The notes below the pieces were generated by a model. The model made no database searches and was not told where the DNA came from. It saw only the letters and a list, made by a program, of their open reading frames with translations. Below are positions 27,420 through 36,260 of a stretch of DNA of 38,221 bases, in pieces; the first letter of the stretch is position 1; each line of letters opens with the position of its first letter. Made by a program: the position numbers and the translations under genes. The DNA is from a virus (taxonomy: Duplodnaviria > Heunggongvirae > Uroviricota > Caudoviricetes), in the IMG/VR virus record IMGVR_UViG_2565956731_000004, positions 1 to 38,221 of that record. The stretch is one strand, 5' to 3'.

Positions 27420-30233
27420 TCAATCTTTATCGTAAAAACTACCACGCCCGGCACGGGCGCGCCGTTCCATTTCTGCCCTGACCATTTCACCGACCAGTTT
27501 CGCCACTTCGCGGGGATTCTGCGTAACAACGTTATGCAGATGAACATGAATTTCACCGCCAAATCCGGAGACAGCAGGCTCCCGATTACGGGAAGCTGCA
27601 GGAACTGATGCCACTGGCGATCGTATGGCCTCCGCCACCGGGCGGGAGCTGGCCGCAACAACAGGGACCAGCGCCGGAGGCAGCGGAGCCGGGACTACGG
27701 GTGTGATATTAATTGCGGGGGGCTTACTGATCTGCGCAATCTTCCGCTCCTGCCACTCCCCACGAACAGCAAGTGCGCGGGGCAGGTTCTTAAAGACAAT
27801 ATCGCCGGGGCCAATGCGTTTTTTCGTCTCATCAACCAGCTTACCTGTGTTATCAGCAATTTTGCTGAGTCTGCGCAGCGTACCGGTATTGCTGTCTGTG
27901 AGCGGTTTATTGTCTTTGGGGTTATCACCTCCGGTGCCATTGCCATTTTCCACAGGCTTCGGCGGATTGATTTTCGCCAGGTCCCCCTGAAGCAAGGCAA
28001 CCTTGTCCTGAAGAATGGCCGCACGCTGTGCGTCTTCGATTTTCTTGCGCGCCCTTTCCGCTTCATCCGGAAGGACGCCAAGTTTTTCAAGTATCCACGC
28101 CAGCGTATCCAGCAGCATTTTTGCAGGTGTCAGAACAAGCTGTAACGCATCGCCAAGAACGTTACCGAATATCTCGCCAGCACTGGTACATTTATCCAGC
28201 GTTTCCTTGCTGGACTCCATCGGTGACAGCAGCGATTTAAACCAGTTAAACACCTGGCTGATCCCGCTCCCGATTGCGTCAAAAACAGGACCAAACCGTT
28301 CAAAGGTTTCGCGCAACGGGGTCAGCCTTTCCATAATCCCGCTGAACACCCCAGCAAAAAATGCCCTGATGGGATCCCAGTATTTCCAGATAAGAACGGC
28401 AGCTCCGGCAAGCGCAGCCACGATAAGACCAACCGGACTGAACAGCGCCCCGATAGCGCCTCCCAGTAAAGAAACGGAACCCGTCACCATTCCCCATAGT
28501 GCTGGCAGGACCCTGACAGCATTCATTGATCCGGTCAGGAGAGAAAAACCAAGACGCAGTTTTGCCAGCGGACCAGCAAGCACACCAATAGCCAGCGACA
28601 ACGAGCCAACCGTTGCAGTCACTGCCAGCAACGCACCGCCTGCTATCAGTAGCTGGCGCGTCAGTGCCGGATGGGCCTGCGCCAGCGCCGTCACCCTTGA
28701 TACCACCCGCGTGAGCCACTGCGTGACAGAACGCAGCGGACCGTCAATCAGATCTGCAATGCGGATGCGCAACCCTTCCCATGCACTGCCGAGTGATTTC
28801 AGATCGCCGTCAAGGTTGTTGGCCATAACCTTTGCGGTGCGTTCAGCCTCACCGCGCGCGCCTTCAAGTTCTTTTCTCAGTTTGGGTAAGGAACCGTCAC
28901 CCGCTGCATCAACGAGCGCCATAAACGATGTGAAAGCCTCTTCTCCGGCAATGTCCTTAAAGAACGATACCCGGTCAACTTCCCCGTATTTGCGGGTGGC
29001 TTTATAAAGGTCGGCCAGCACATCCTCCATCGGGCGCATTTTGCCCCCGGCATCCGAGACGGACACGCCCAGCTCTTTCAGAGCTTCTGCCGCCGCCTTT
29101 GGCGGTGATGCCAGACGAGCCAGGCTGGCACGCATTGCCGTCCCGGCATCACTCCCTCTGATGCCCATATTCGCCAGCACGCCAGCCATCGCTGCGGCCT
29201 GCTCCAGCGATATTCCCAGCTTACCCGCCACCGGGCCTGCATATTTCATGGTTTCGCCCAGTGCGCGAAGGTCAGTGTTGGTACGGGTAAACGCTGCGGT
29301 GAGTGTGTCACCGACCCGGTCCATCTGGTCAGCAGAAAGGCCGAACTGCGTCAGGATATTTGAGCCAATATCTGCCGTCTCGCCGAGATCCATACCGCCA
29401 GCCGTTGCCATGCTCAGCACGCCGGGAAGCGCAGCCTGAATGGCCTGCGGAGTGAAGCCAGCCATTGCAAGAAATGCCTGTCCACTGGCGGCATCGCCTG
29501 CGGTGAACTGCGTTTCAGAGCCAAGTTTTAACGCCTGCTCACGCAGCGCCTTAAACTGCGGGCTGTTCTGGTCGATTCGCGTCAGTGCCTGAACGCGGGA
29601 CATCTCTTTGCCGAACCCGATCGCAGGCTGCAAAAAACGCCCGGCAGCATAGCCGCCCGCCGCTGCCGCACCAATTGCCAGCGCACCACCTGTTTTCAGT
29701 TTTCCCGCTGTTTCCTGCGCGCGCGAATACCGCTCACGCGCCCGCGTTACACGCGCAAGCGCCTGCCGTTCGCGTTCAAGCTGGTTGTTGTACTGTTCGG
29801 TGCGTCTGATGGCCTGCTGGATGGTGTTATCGCTGCCTGTCAGGGAAATGCCGTGGCGTTTCAGCTCTCCGCCAAGTTCCCGCATTTTCTGAATTTCCCG
29901 TGTGCGCGATTCATTCAGGCGCTCAAGCCGGGTGCTTAACTGCTGCATCAGCTTTTGTTGTTTTTCGCTGAGCACTGTACCCGTGCGTTGTAACTGATTA
30001 AGGGCGTTAAGCTGGCGTCGTGCTTTCACGATGCCAGCATCCGCTTTACTGACAGCGTCACGGGCGCGCTCAAATGAACGCGCCTGACGCTCGAGATTTT
30101 TGATCGCCCCCTGCGTTCGCTGGATGGAGTCACCAAACTGCCCCATCAGGCGGCGGGCGTTTTCGGCAGGCCGGGTCAGCCTGTCAACGGCGCTGAAAGC
30201 GACCCGGATATCAAGAGTCTTCATTATCTGCAT
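27420..30233 (-). CDS. T: tail tape measure protein T
   Basis: 937 aa; coiled-coil N-terminus, Gly/Ala-rich hydrophobic central region; follows the E/E' chaperone pair. Confidence 0.9.
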   Translation of the reverse strand: MQIMKTLDIRVAFSAVDRLTRPAENARRLMGQFGDSIQRTQGAIKNLERQARSFERARDAVSKADAGIVKARRQLNALNQLQRTGTVLSEKQQKLMQQLSTRLERLNESRTREIQKMRELGGELKRHGISLTGSDNTIQQAIRRTEQYNNQLERERQALARVTRARERYSRAQETAGKLKTGGALAIGAAAAGGYAAGRFLQPAIGFGKEMSRVQALTRIDQNSPQFKALREQALKLGSETQFTAGDAASGQAFLAMAGFTPQAIQAALPGVLSMATAGGMDLGETADIGSNILTQFGLSADQMDRVGDTLTAAFTRTNTDLRALGETMKYAGPVAGKLGISLEQAAAMAGVLANMGIRGSDAGTAMRASLARLASPPKAAAEALKELGVSVSDAGGKMRPMEDVLADLYKATRKYGEVDRVSFFKDIAGEEAFTSFMALVDAAGDGSLPKLRKELEGARGEAERTAKVMANNLDGDLKSLGSAWEGLRIRIADLIDGPLRSVTQWLTRVVSRVTALAQAHPALTRQLLIAGGALLAVTATVGSLSLAIGVLAGPLAKLRLGFSLLTGSMNAVRVLPALWGMVTGSVSLLGGAIGALFSPVGLIVAALAGAAVLIWKYWDPIRAFFAGVFSGIMERLTPLRETFERFGPVFDAIGSGISQVFNWFKSLLSPMESSKETLDKCTSAGEIFGNVLGDALQLVLTPAKMLLDTLAWILEKLGVLPDEAERARKKIEDAQRAAILQDKVALLQGDLAKINPPKPVENGNGTGGDNPKDNKPLTDSNTGTLRRLSKIADNTGKLVDETKKRIGPGDIVFKNLPRALAVRGEWQERKIAQISKPPAINITPVVPAPLPPALVPVVAASSRPVAEAIRSPVASVPAASRNREPAVSGFGGEIHVHLHNVVTQNPREVAKLVGEMVRAEMERRARAGRGSFYDKD

Positions 30234-30749
30234 TCCCGCTGCGAAGTGCCGCCCGCTCGCGCCAGCTAACCACTTCGCCGGGCGTCATCATGAAGATTTC
30301 GGCAGGCGACCAGTTAAAAATGGCGGCAATATCCGCCACAAGATCTTCGATGTGCTCAAAGCACACCAGGGTGATTACGCTGCCGTCTCCTGCACGCTCT
30401 TCGCGCCAGAGTCTGGCTCGCTCATAAAATTTACAGCCACAGCGCACAACTGAATAAAATCACGTGACGACATTTTTTTAATCATCACTTCATCCAGTCG
30501 TGGCGAGGTCACGCGAGGCAACAGCGTGAACATGGTATCCGCTTTCAGATTCAGCACATCAGACAGCGACAGACCACGCAGGGATCCAGCCTGCTCAATA
30601 GCCCCGGTGATCTCCACATACGTGATTTTTTCGCCACCACGCTCAATTGGTCGGGTCAGTTTTACGCCACGTTCGACAGCCATATCCTCACCTGCCGTCA
30701 CATCATCCGCCACGGTGTTATTCCGGGTTTCAGTATCGATGTCTTTCAT
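30211..30749 (-). CDS. tail assembly chaperone E+E' (predicted -1 programmed frameshift product)
   Basis: Slippery heptamer A_AAT_TTT on the minus strand at 30426..30432; the -1 frame is open from there to 30211 and overlaps the T start, as in P2 E/E'. Confidence 0.6.
30375..30749 (-). CDS. E: tail assembly chaperone E
   Basis: 124 aa; AAGGAG RBS; between tube gene and tape measure gene. Confidence 0.8.
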   Translation of the reverse strand: MKDIDTETRNNTVADDVTAGEDMAVERGVKLTRPIERGGEKITYVEITGAIEQAGSLRGLSLSDVLNLKADTMFTLLPRVTSPRLDEVMIKKMSSRDFIQLCAVAVNFMSEPDSGAKSVQETAA

Positions 30750-30804
30750 CAGTTGTCTCCTTTTCAGTCAGAGGCGACGCACTGCGCCGCCTGCATATTA
30801 CTTA

Positions 30805-31317
30805 TCAGCCAAGCCCAAGCGCGGAACGGATGCGGTCAGGCACAATGTCCTTGCCGTCCTTCCGGTAGATGTGGTTCAACAGGTCGATTTCCCACAGCGG
30901 GCGATCGTTAACGCTCAGCTTGTAGTAGGTGTTTTTGACAGCGTAAGTGTGTGATGTGGCTTCGCCCTGTTTGGCTTCCCCCATATCAATTTCCGTCACA
31001 CGTCCGCGCATCTCAATTTCATACAGATCGCTTTCTGCATCGGTGTAGTATTCACCCGCAAAACGCAGCAGCGTGCCGTCAATCGTGCCGCCATATTTAA
31101 GGAACAGCGCACGAACAGCTCCCCCCATGACAAAGCTCGCATCAAGCGCGGAGTCGTCCAGACCGAGATCAATACTTACTGCCCCCATCATGCCACCACC
31201 CCGGTAGCTGTCGGTTTTGCGCGTCAGCTTAGGCAGAGTGACGGATGTCACTTTACCCACTTCGTTTTCACCATCCACAAACAACGTAAAAAAGCGAAGA
31301 TGTTTTGGTACAGCCAT
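30805..31317 (-). CDS. FII: tail tube protein FII
   Basis: 170 aa; directly downstream of the sheath gene. Confidence 0.9.
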   Translation of the reverse strand: MAVPKHLRFFTLFVDGENEVGKVTSVTLPKLTRKTDSYRGGGMMGAVSIDLGLDDSALDASFVMGGAVRALFLKYGGTIDGTLLRFAGEYYTDAESDLYEIEMRGRVTEIDMGEAKQGEATSHTYAVKNTYYKLSVNDRPLWEIDLLNHIYRKDGKDIVPDRIRSALGLG

Positions 31318-32501
31318 CAGGCACCTCCCAGCACCGCAAATGCGGGACCAAAGAATTCATCAGTAAACGTCTGGTAAAGCTCCATGTCTTCCAGCGGGGG
31401 AACGGGCGTATATTTGTAGCGAATACGCACACGCCCCTGACGTAAATCCGTGGTGCCGTTATCCACCACGTCATACCAGCACTCCGCGCCAATCAGTTTC
31501 CCGGCAGTAACCAGCGAATCCAGTTTTGCCCTGATGGCGCTGATAACATCCTTCACGTTCGCAGGCGTCAGTGGACTGTCGATGGTTTCAAACTGCGCTT
31601 CCGCAATTGAATCAGCCAGCACCTGTGCGGTTCGGGTATACACCTCAAAGATGTAGGCGTTCGTTTCCGGTGTGCGGTTGCCCCAGAAGCGGAACCCGTT
31701 GCGACGAATAATGGTCGTGATTTCTTTGTTGTTGAGGCTGTTGGCATCGCTGTCTTCGGCCTGCAACGACCAGAACACATGCCTCGACATCCCCAGCACA
31801 TTTTTAACCGGAACGTTGGACAGTGATTTGTGCCAGCCCTGCTCATGGTCAATGTACGCACGAAGGCCGCACGCATAGGCAGGCGCGGGGAACGTTTCGT
31901 TTTTGCCACTTTTCGGGTTGTAGGCGATGAAGTCCGGCCATAAGAGCATCACCTCACGTTCGTTGAATTTCTGGCGGTAGGTAATCGCATCAGCCATCGT
32001 GTCACAGCCATGACATGAGGCATACACAAACGCGCGCAGTTTACCCGCAATCACGCACAGGGATTTTGTCACCGCCTCCGTGTCCAGCTCCGGCGCGGCC
32101 AGAATACGCGGACGGTATCCGATGCTTTCATCCTGCTCTGCAACAAGCAGCGCATACATCCCCGTATAGCTGCCGTCAGATTCAGAACCACCGATAACCA
32201 GTTGATCCTGCGTCTTTCCGTCTTCTTCTTTGTGTTCAGCCACGCGAACGACGATCACCTTTGTGCTCACCTGGTCTGCGATGGCCTTAAGCGCACGATA
32301 AAGCGTCCCCGTTGTCCCGCATTTTCCCAGCACGTCATTGACGCGGGTCAGCAGTGTGGGCTTGTTCAGCGGGAACAGCTTCGCGTCCGCATCATCCGCC
32401 GTTGCCACGATACCGATAACGCTGGAATCAACATCGTTAATCGCTGTTACCAGGTCGGTATTTTCCGTAACACGGGCACCATGAAAACGAGTTTCACTCA
32501 T
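31317..32501 (-). CDS. FI: tail sheath protein FI
   Basis: 394 aa; recognisable similarity to recalled P2 FI (RAF-Y, QGWHK-LSNV, GFRFWGNRT, YTRTAQV, YTPVPPLE). Confidence 0.9.
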   Translation of the reverse strand: MSETRFHGARVTENTDLVTAINDVDSSVIGIVATADDADAKLFPLNKPTLLTRVNDVLGKCGTTGTLYRALKAIADQVSTKVIVVRVAEHKEEDGKTQDQLVIGGSESDGSYTGMYALLVAEQDESIGYRPRILAAPELDTEAVTKSLCVIAGKLRAFVYASCHGCDTMADAITYRQKFNEREVMLLWPDFIAYNPKSGKNETFPAPAYACGLRAYIDHEQGWHKSLSNVPVKNVLGMSRHVFWSLQAEDSDANSLNNKEITTIIRRNGFRFWGNRTPETNAYIFEVYTRTAQVLADSIAEAQFETIDSPLTPANVKDVISAIRAKLDSLVTAGKLIGAECWYDVVDNGTTDLRQGRVRIRYKYTPVPPLEDMELYQTFTDEFFGPAFAVLGGA

Positions 32502-32658
32502 AGCTTCAGCCCCTTGTATCCGTTAAATGATTCGGCAACAATCATCACCCACCACGCGCGTAATCTCACTCCTGCGCCATTCTCCCGCCACGGCGACAAC
32601 AAAAAGCAGTAACCCCCTCCGCACGCACATGCGACCATGCCGCACAGGGAGGGAACAG

Positions 32659-33768
32659 ATGACCGACACCACCATGCAATTGCTCAGTCAGGGCACAGAC
32701 CCCGTGAAAATGCCGGATTTTGATATTCTCGCGGAGGGTAAAACGCTGTCAGGCGTGGCAGAGCGCCTGATGAGCCTGTCACTGACCGACAACCGGGGAT
32801 TTGAAGCAGACCAGCTCACCATCACGCTGGATGATGCGGATGGTCAGTTGCAGCTACCGCCACGGGGCGCGCGCCTGACGGTTCTCATTGGCTGGAAAGG
32901 AGAACCGCTGACAGAAAAAGGCACTTACATTGTTGATGAAATCGCTCACGAAGGACCGCCGGACAGGCTGACTGTTTCAGCCAGAAGTGCAGATTTTCGG
33001 GATGAATTTAACGTTAAACGTGAGGTGTCCTGGCATGATGTGACCGTTGAACGTGTGGTATCCGCCATCGCTCATCGGTACGGCCTGAAACCGCAAATCA
33101 GCGAAATGCTGATGGATATCGAAATCGACCACGCCGACCAGACTGAAGAAAGCGACATGTCCTTCCTTACGCGCATGGCGGAAATGCTGGGCGCAATCAC
33201 CACGGTAAAAAGCGGCAATCTGTTATTCATCATGCCAGGTGGTGGCGTGAACGCACAGGGCCAGCCGTTGCCCTCGTTCGCCATTACACGCAGCAGCGGC
33301 GATCGCCATCAGTTCCGCATTGCTGACCGCGAGGCGTATACGGGGGTACGCGCCTACTGGCTTGATCTTAATTACGGGAAAAAGAAAAAAGTCAGCGTGA
33401 AACGCCGCAAACCGCCAAAACCCAAAAAGGAGAAAAGCAGCAGCCGTGAAGGTGATTATATGGAAGGCGCGGAAGGCAATGTGTTTGTGTTACGCAAGAC
33501 TTATCAGAACGAGCAGGCAGCAAGACGCGCAGCGGCGGCAAAGTGGCAGCAGCTACAACGCGGAGCCGCATCATTCTCCATCACACTGGCACGCGGACGC
33601 GCAGAACTCTACCCCGAAATGCATGGCACGGTAACAGGATTTAAAAGCGAGATTGATAATCAGGACTGGATTATTGCAAAAGTCGAGCACACCGTTGATA
33701 ACAGCGGCTTTACCACGCAGCTTGAGCTTGAAGCAAAAATCCCGGAATGGATAGCGGAAACAGAATGA
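32659..33768 (+). CDS. D: tail protein D (late control gene D-like)
   Basis: 369 aa from the ATG with GGGAGGG RBS (MTDTTMQLL...); divergent from FI rather than downstream of U. Confidence 0.85.
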   Translation: MTDTTMQLLSQGTDPVKMPDFDILAEGKTLSGVAERLMSLSLTDNRGFEADQLTITLDDADGQLQLPPRGARLTVLIGWKGEPLTEKGTYIVDEIAHEGPPDRLTVSARSADFRDEFNVKREVSWHDVTVERVVSAIAHRYGLKPQISEMLMDIEIDHADQTEESDMSFLTRMAEMLGAITTVKSGNLLFIMPGGGVNAQGQPLPSFAITRSSGDRHQFRIADREAYTGVRAYWLDLNYGKKKKVSVKRRKPPKPKKEKSSSREGDYMEGAEGNVFVLRKTYQNEQAARRAAAAKWQQLQRGAASFSITLARGRAELYPEMHGTVTGFKSEIDNQDWIIAKVEHTVDNSGFTTQLELEAKIPEWIAETE

Positions 33769-33879
33769 GCGATTTGGAGATATTAAATCAAACATGAGTA
33801 AATATTACCAATAACAGAGTGTACTTATTGGATGTATAGTTCTTTCATTTTTTAGGAGAAATTAAGAAAATTAACTCAA

Positions 33880-33911
33880 TGTGCACCTTATAAAGGCGCA
33901 CACTTTGTTTT
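33880..33911. terminator. bidirectional hairpin between D and the ParA-like gene
   Basis: TGTGCACC-ttataaa-GGCGCACA followed by a T-rich run; perfect with one G-U pair on the minus-strand transcript. Confidence 0.55.
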
Positions 33912-33916
33912 GCATG

Positions 33917-34975
33917 TTAAAAATTATTTATTATGTGTTCAGCTAAATGATCATACTCACCAGCCATCTCATTCATTAGTTCTACCTGATTAACTGCCCA
34001 TTGCCCCCGCCCACGAAGAGCATTCGTTGGCCTAACTCGAGACAAATAGCGAATAGGTATATTTTGAATAATACTATCAGGAGCCATAACGTTGAGGTCC
34101 TCAATCTTTCCAACTGGTTCATAATCAGTAAAATCAGGAACCGCGTTGTAAGATGAAATCTGTGAAAGCTGAGGAAGCATTTTTTCCTCTATCGCTTTTC
34201 TTATTGAACGGTGATGAACTGCATCTGCACCAACCTCTTGTTTAACATCATTTTGCTTTCTCGTATCAAAACCATTGAATATCCAACCGCCAAATTTAGG
34301 CATCCCTTTCTGAGATATAATATTATCTCGTGGGTTACCTGATAGATATCTTTCCTTGCCCTGCTCCCAATCACGTATAAATGATGGCAACATCTCACCA
34401 ATCAGCCCTACACAATATGAAGAGAATAAATCAGGTGTGCATGGAACTAAAAAATAGTCCGAACAGTACAATGACGATCTAACAAGCGTATTGAATGAGG
34501 GAGGTAAATCTATTAGGACATAATCATAAATAACATCATTTTTCTCTGATGCTTTTTTTGTTATCAAATCTGGCAAAATAAAACGATATAACCCTGCGCC
34601 ACTTATAACATCAGTGCCGACATTTAAAATATCTGAAAATGTATTAAGCCAAAAGTCTCCAGGAACAATATGCAAAACGCCTGCATCTGTCTTAGTCTTA
34701 GGTTCTGTTGTATAAACTTCACCTATAGTATTTTGTTGTATGTAAGGCAATGCAAATGCTTTAACCGTTTTTCCAAAAGGGAAATCATCTGAAGGTTCCA
34801 ATAACTCTGAAAATTCCTCATCACCAATACATGCAATTGAGAGATTACACTGGGGATCAAAGTCTATTAATAAAACACTTTTTCCTTTATCTGCTAGCGA
34901 TACTGCAAGATTCCAAATTATAGTTGTTTTACCAACACCACCTTTGTTATTAAAAATCGATATAGTTTTTGTCAT
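33917..34975 (-). CDS. ParA/MinD-family P-loop ATPase with about 100-aa C-terminal extension, AT-rich gene
   Basis: 352 aa; deviant Walker A KGGVGKTT near the N-terminus; LLIDFDPQCN and DYVLIDLPP motifs; flanked by AT-rich intergenic DNA; composition clearly AT-richer than the tail genes. Confidence 0.8.
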   Translation of the reverse strand: MTKTISIFNNKGGVGKTTIIWNLAVSLADKGKSVLLIDFDPQCNLSIACIGDEEFSELLEPSDDFPFGKTVKAFALPYIQQNTIGEVYTTEPKTKTDAGVLHIVPGDFWLNTFSDILNVGTDVISGAGLYRFILPDLITKKASEKNDVIYDYVLIDLPPSFNTLVRSSLYCSDYFLVPCTPDLFSSYCVGLIGEMLPSFIRDWEQGKERYLSGNPRDNIISQKGMPKFGGWIFNGFDTRKQNDVKQEVGADAVHHRSIRKAIEEKMLPQLSQISSYNAVPDFTDYEPVGKIEDLNVMAPDSIIQNIPIRYLSRVRPTNALRGRGQWAVNQVELMNEMAGEYDHLAEHIINNF

Positions 34976-35234
34976 TTACAACCCTTATTTCAGTGAAATT
35001 TTCGTTGAGAATCAGCATTTGTTTTTTTGCATAAACCACAATTCAACTTTGAGATTAACACAAGCCTTATTGTTATACATTAAAATCCTACTCAAATGAC
35101 ATCATTGAGATACTCATGTAATTTATTCGCCACGACAAAGCCTACTTCAGTGACTTGCTCAAAGCGGAGTTGCTGTTGGAATCTGAGTTGGGGCAACTTA
35201 GAATGGTGGCAGCACCACGTTAAGGGAGGTCGCT

Positions 35235-35495
35235 ATGTTTCGTTGTCCGCTTTGTGGCGCATCTGCCCGTATCCGCACCAGTCGTCCTGAAAATGATTCA
35301 AACACCGTGCGGCAAAAGTATTACCAGTGTAACAATCTGGAATGCGGCGTATGCTTCTCAACACTGGAAGCTTTCCATAAATTCACATCAAAACACGCCT
35401 CCGGCGCTCTCTCTTCAGAAGGTATCCCGTGGCATAAGCTGCCAGCTTCACACAGGGGAAACAATCAGATGAGTTTGCCTTTACCTCAGAATTAA
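35235..35495 (+). CDS. ogr: late gene activator, Ogr/Delta zinc-finger family
   Basis: 86 aa; MFRCPLCG...YYQCNNLECGVCF Cys4 arrangement as in P2 Ogr; located near the prophage right end. Confidence 0.75.
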   Translation: MFRCPLCGASARIRTSRPENDSNTVRQKYYQCNNLECGVCFSTLEAFHKFTSKHASGALSSEGIPWHKLPASHRGNNQMSLPLPQN

Positions 35496-35686
35496 TGGGC
35501 AGAATTGCCGGAGCAACAAAAAAGCGATAGATTACGCGCGGGTGCCTTTCGGCTGATGGTCGGAGGGAATACCCGAAGGCCAGATGTGGAAAGGCCCCGG
35601 AAAACATTTCTGTTTAACCGAGGCCCTAACATATCTACCTTAAGCAAGTGATAGGTTAGCGCCTCTCCAACAAAGGAGCAAGCGCT

Positions 35687-35827
35687 ATGTCGCAAAAATC
35701 GCTTACGGCCATCACGTTCTGCGTGACGGTAATCCTCATCATCTGGATGCTGCACGGTTCGCTGTGTGAAATACGGATGAGCTTCTGGGGAGCGGAGTTT
35801 GCGGCGTTCTTACAGTGTAAGCAGTAA
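35687..35827 (+). CDS. Hok/Gef-family type I toxin (46 aa)
   Basis: MSQKSLTAITFCVTVILIIWMLHGSLCEIRMSFWGAEFAAFLQCKQ; single TM helix plus SLCE and AAFL motifs as in recalled HokA; AAGGAG RBS; below the ORF-track size cut-off. Confidence 0.6.
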   Translation: MSQKSLTAITFCVTVILIIWMLHGSLCEIRMSFWGAEFAAFLQCKQ

Positions 35828-35836
35828 GGAAACCGC

Positions 35837-35858
35837 GACGGGGGAGTAATCCCCCGTC
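35837..35858 (+). other. hairpin immediately 3' of the hok-like ORF
   Basis: GACGGGGG-agtaat-CCCCCGTC. Confidence 0.5.
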
Positions 35859-35916
35859 AATCGGTTGCCAGGGTAAGGTCGATAAGGCACCCTATCTTAC
35901 AGACATGAACAACAAG

Positions 35917-35948
35917 CCCGCAGCGTAAAAACTGCGGGTTTTCTTTTT
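35917..35948 (+). terminator. intrinsic terminator after the hok-like locus
   Basis: CCCGCAG-cgtaaaaa-CTGCGGG followed by TTTTCTTTTT. Confidence 0.7.
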
Positions 35949-35980
35949 GGTATCCCCATCCATAAGCAATAGGCATAACA

Positions 35981-36018
35981 GATCGATGCAATAAATCCGA
36001 TCGATAAAAACGATCGAT
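35981..36018. promoter_or_regulatory. cluster of three GATCGAT motifs upstream of the com-like / methyltransferase operon
   Basis: GATC at 35981, 35999 and 36012, each within GATCGAT, about 45 to 80 bp upstream of the com-like start. Confidence 0.45.
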
Positions 36019-36062
36019 TTGTTATCATATCGGCAGCAGTAACCACACAAGAGGTGCCGCAA

Positions 36063-36260
36063 ATGACGCAAAATGTACGATGCAAAAATTGCAACAAACT
36101 ACTTGCCCGCGCCTCATTTCACTACATTGAAATAAAATGTCCGCGCTGCAAAACACTTAACCAGATAACGAGAGCCATTGAGCCCCCCACACACATGAGG
36201 AGTTATGACCGTGGGGATCGCAATCCAGCACCAACCAGCACATACACCGGAACACACTAA
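36063..36260 (+). CDS. Com-like zinc-ribbon protein (Mu Com family)
   Basis: About 65 aa from the ATG at 36063 (AAGAGG RBS); VRCKNCNKLLARASFHYIEIKCPRCKTLN matches recalled Mu Com (IRCKNCNKLLFKA...HIEIRCPRCK); 3' end overlaps the methyltransferase start by 56 nt. Confidence 0.6.
   Translation: MTQNVRCKNCNKLLARASFHYIEIKCPRCKTLNQITRAIEPPTHMRSYDRGDRNPAPTSTYTGTH

Noticed and set aside
28015-29439. 330-aa and 132-aa plus-strand ORFs
   Set aside because: Antisense to the tape measure gene T; Ser/Ala/Pro-rich translation characteristic of the reverse frame of a Gly/Ala-rich gene.
35096-35290. 64-aa plus-strand ORF overlapping the ogr start
   Set aside because: Out of frame with and overlapping the clearly recognisable Ogr zinc-finger ORF; no RBS; judged spurious.
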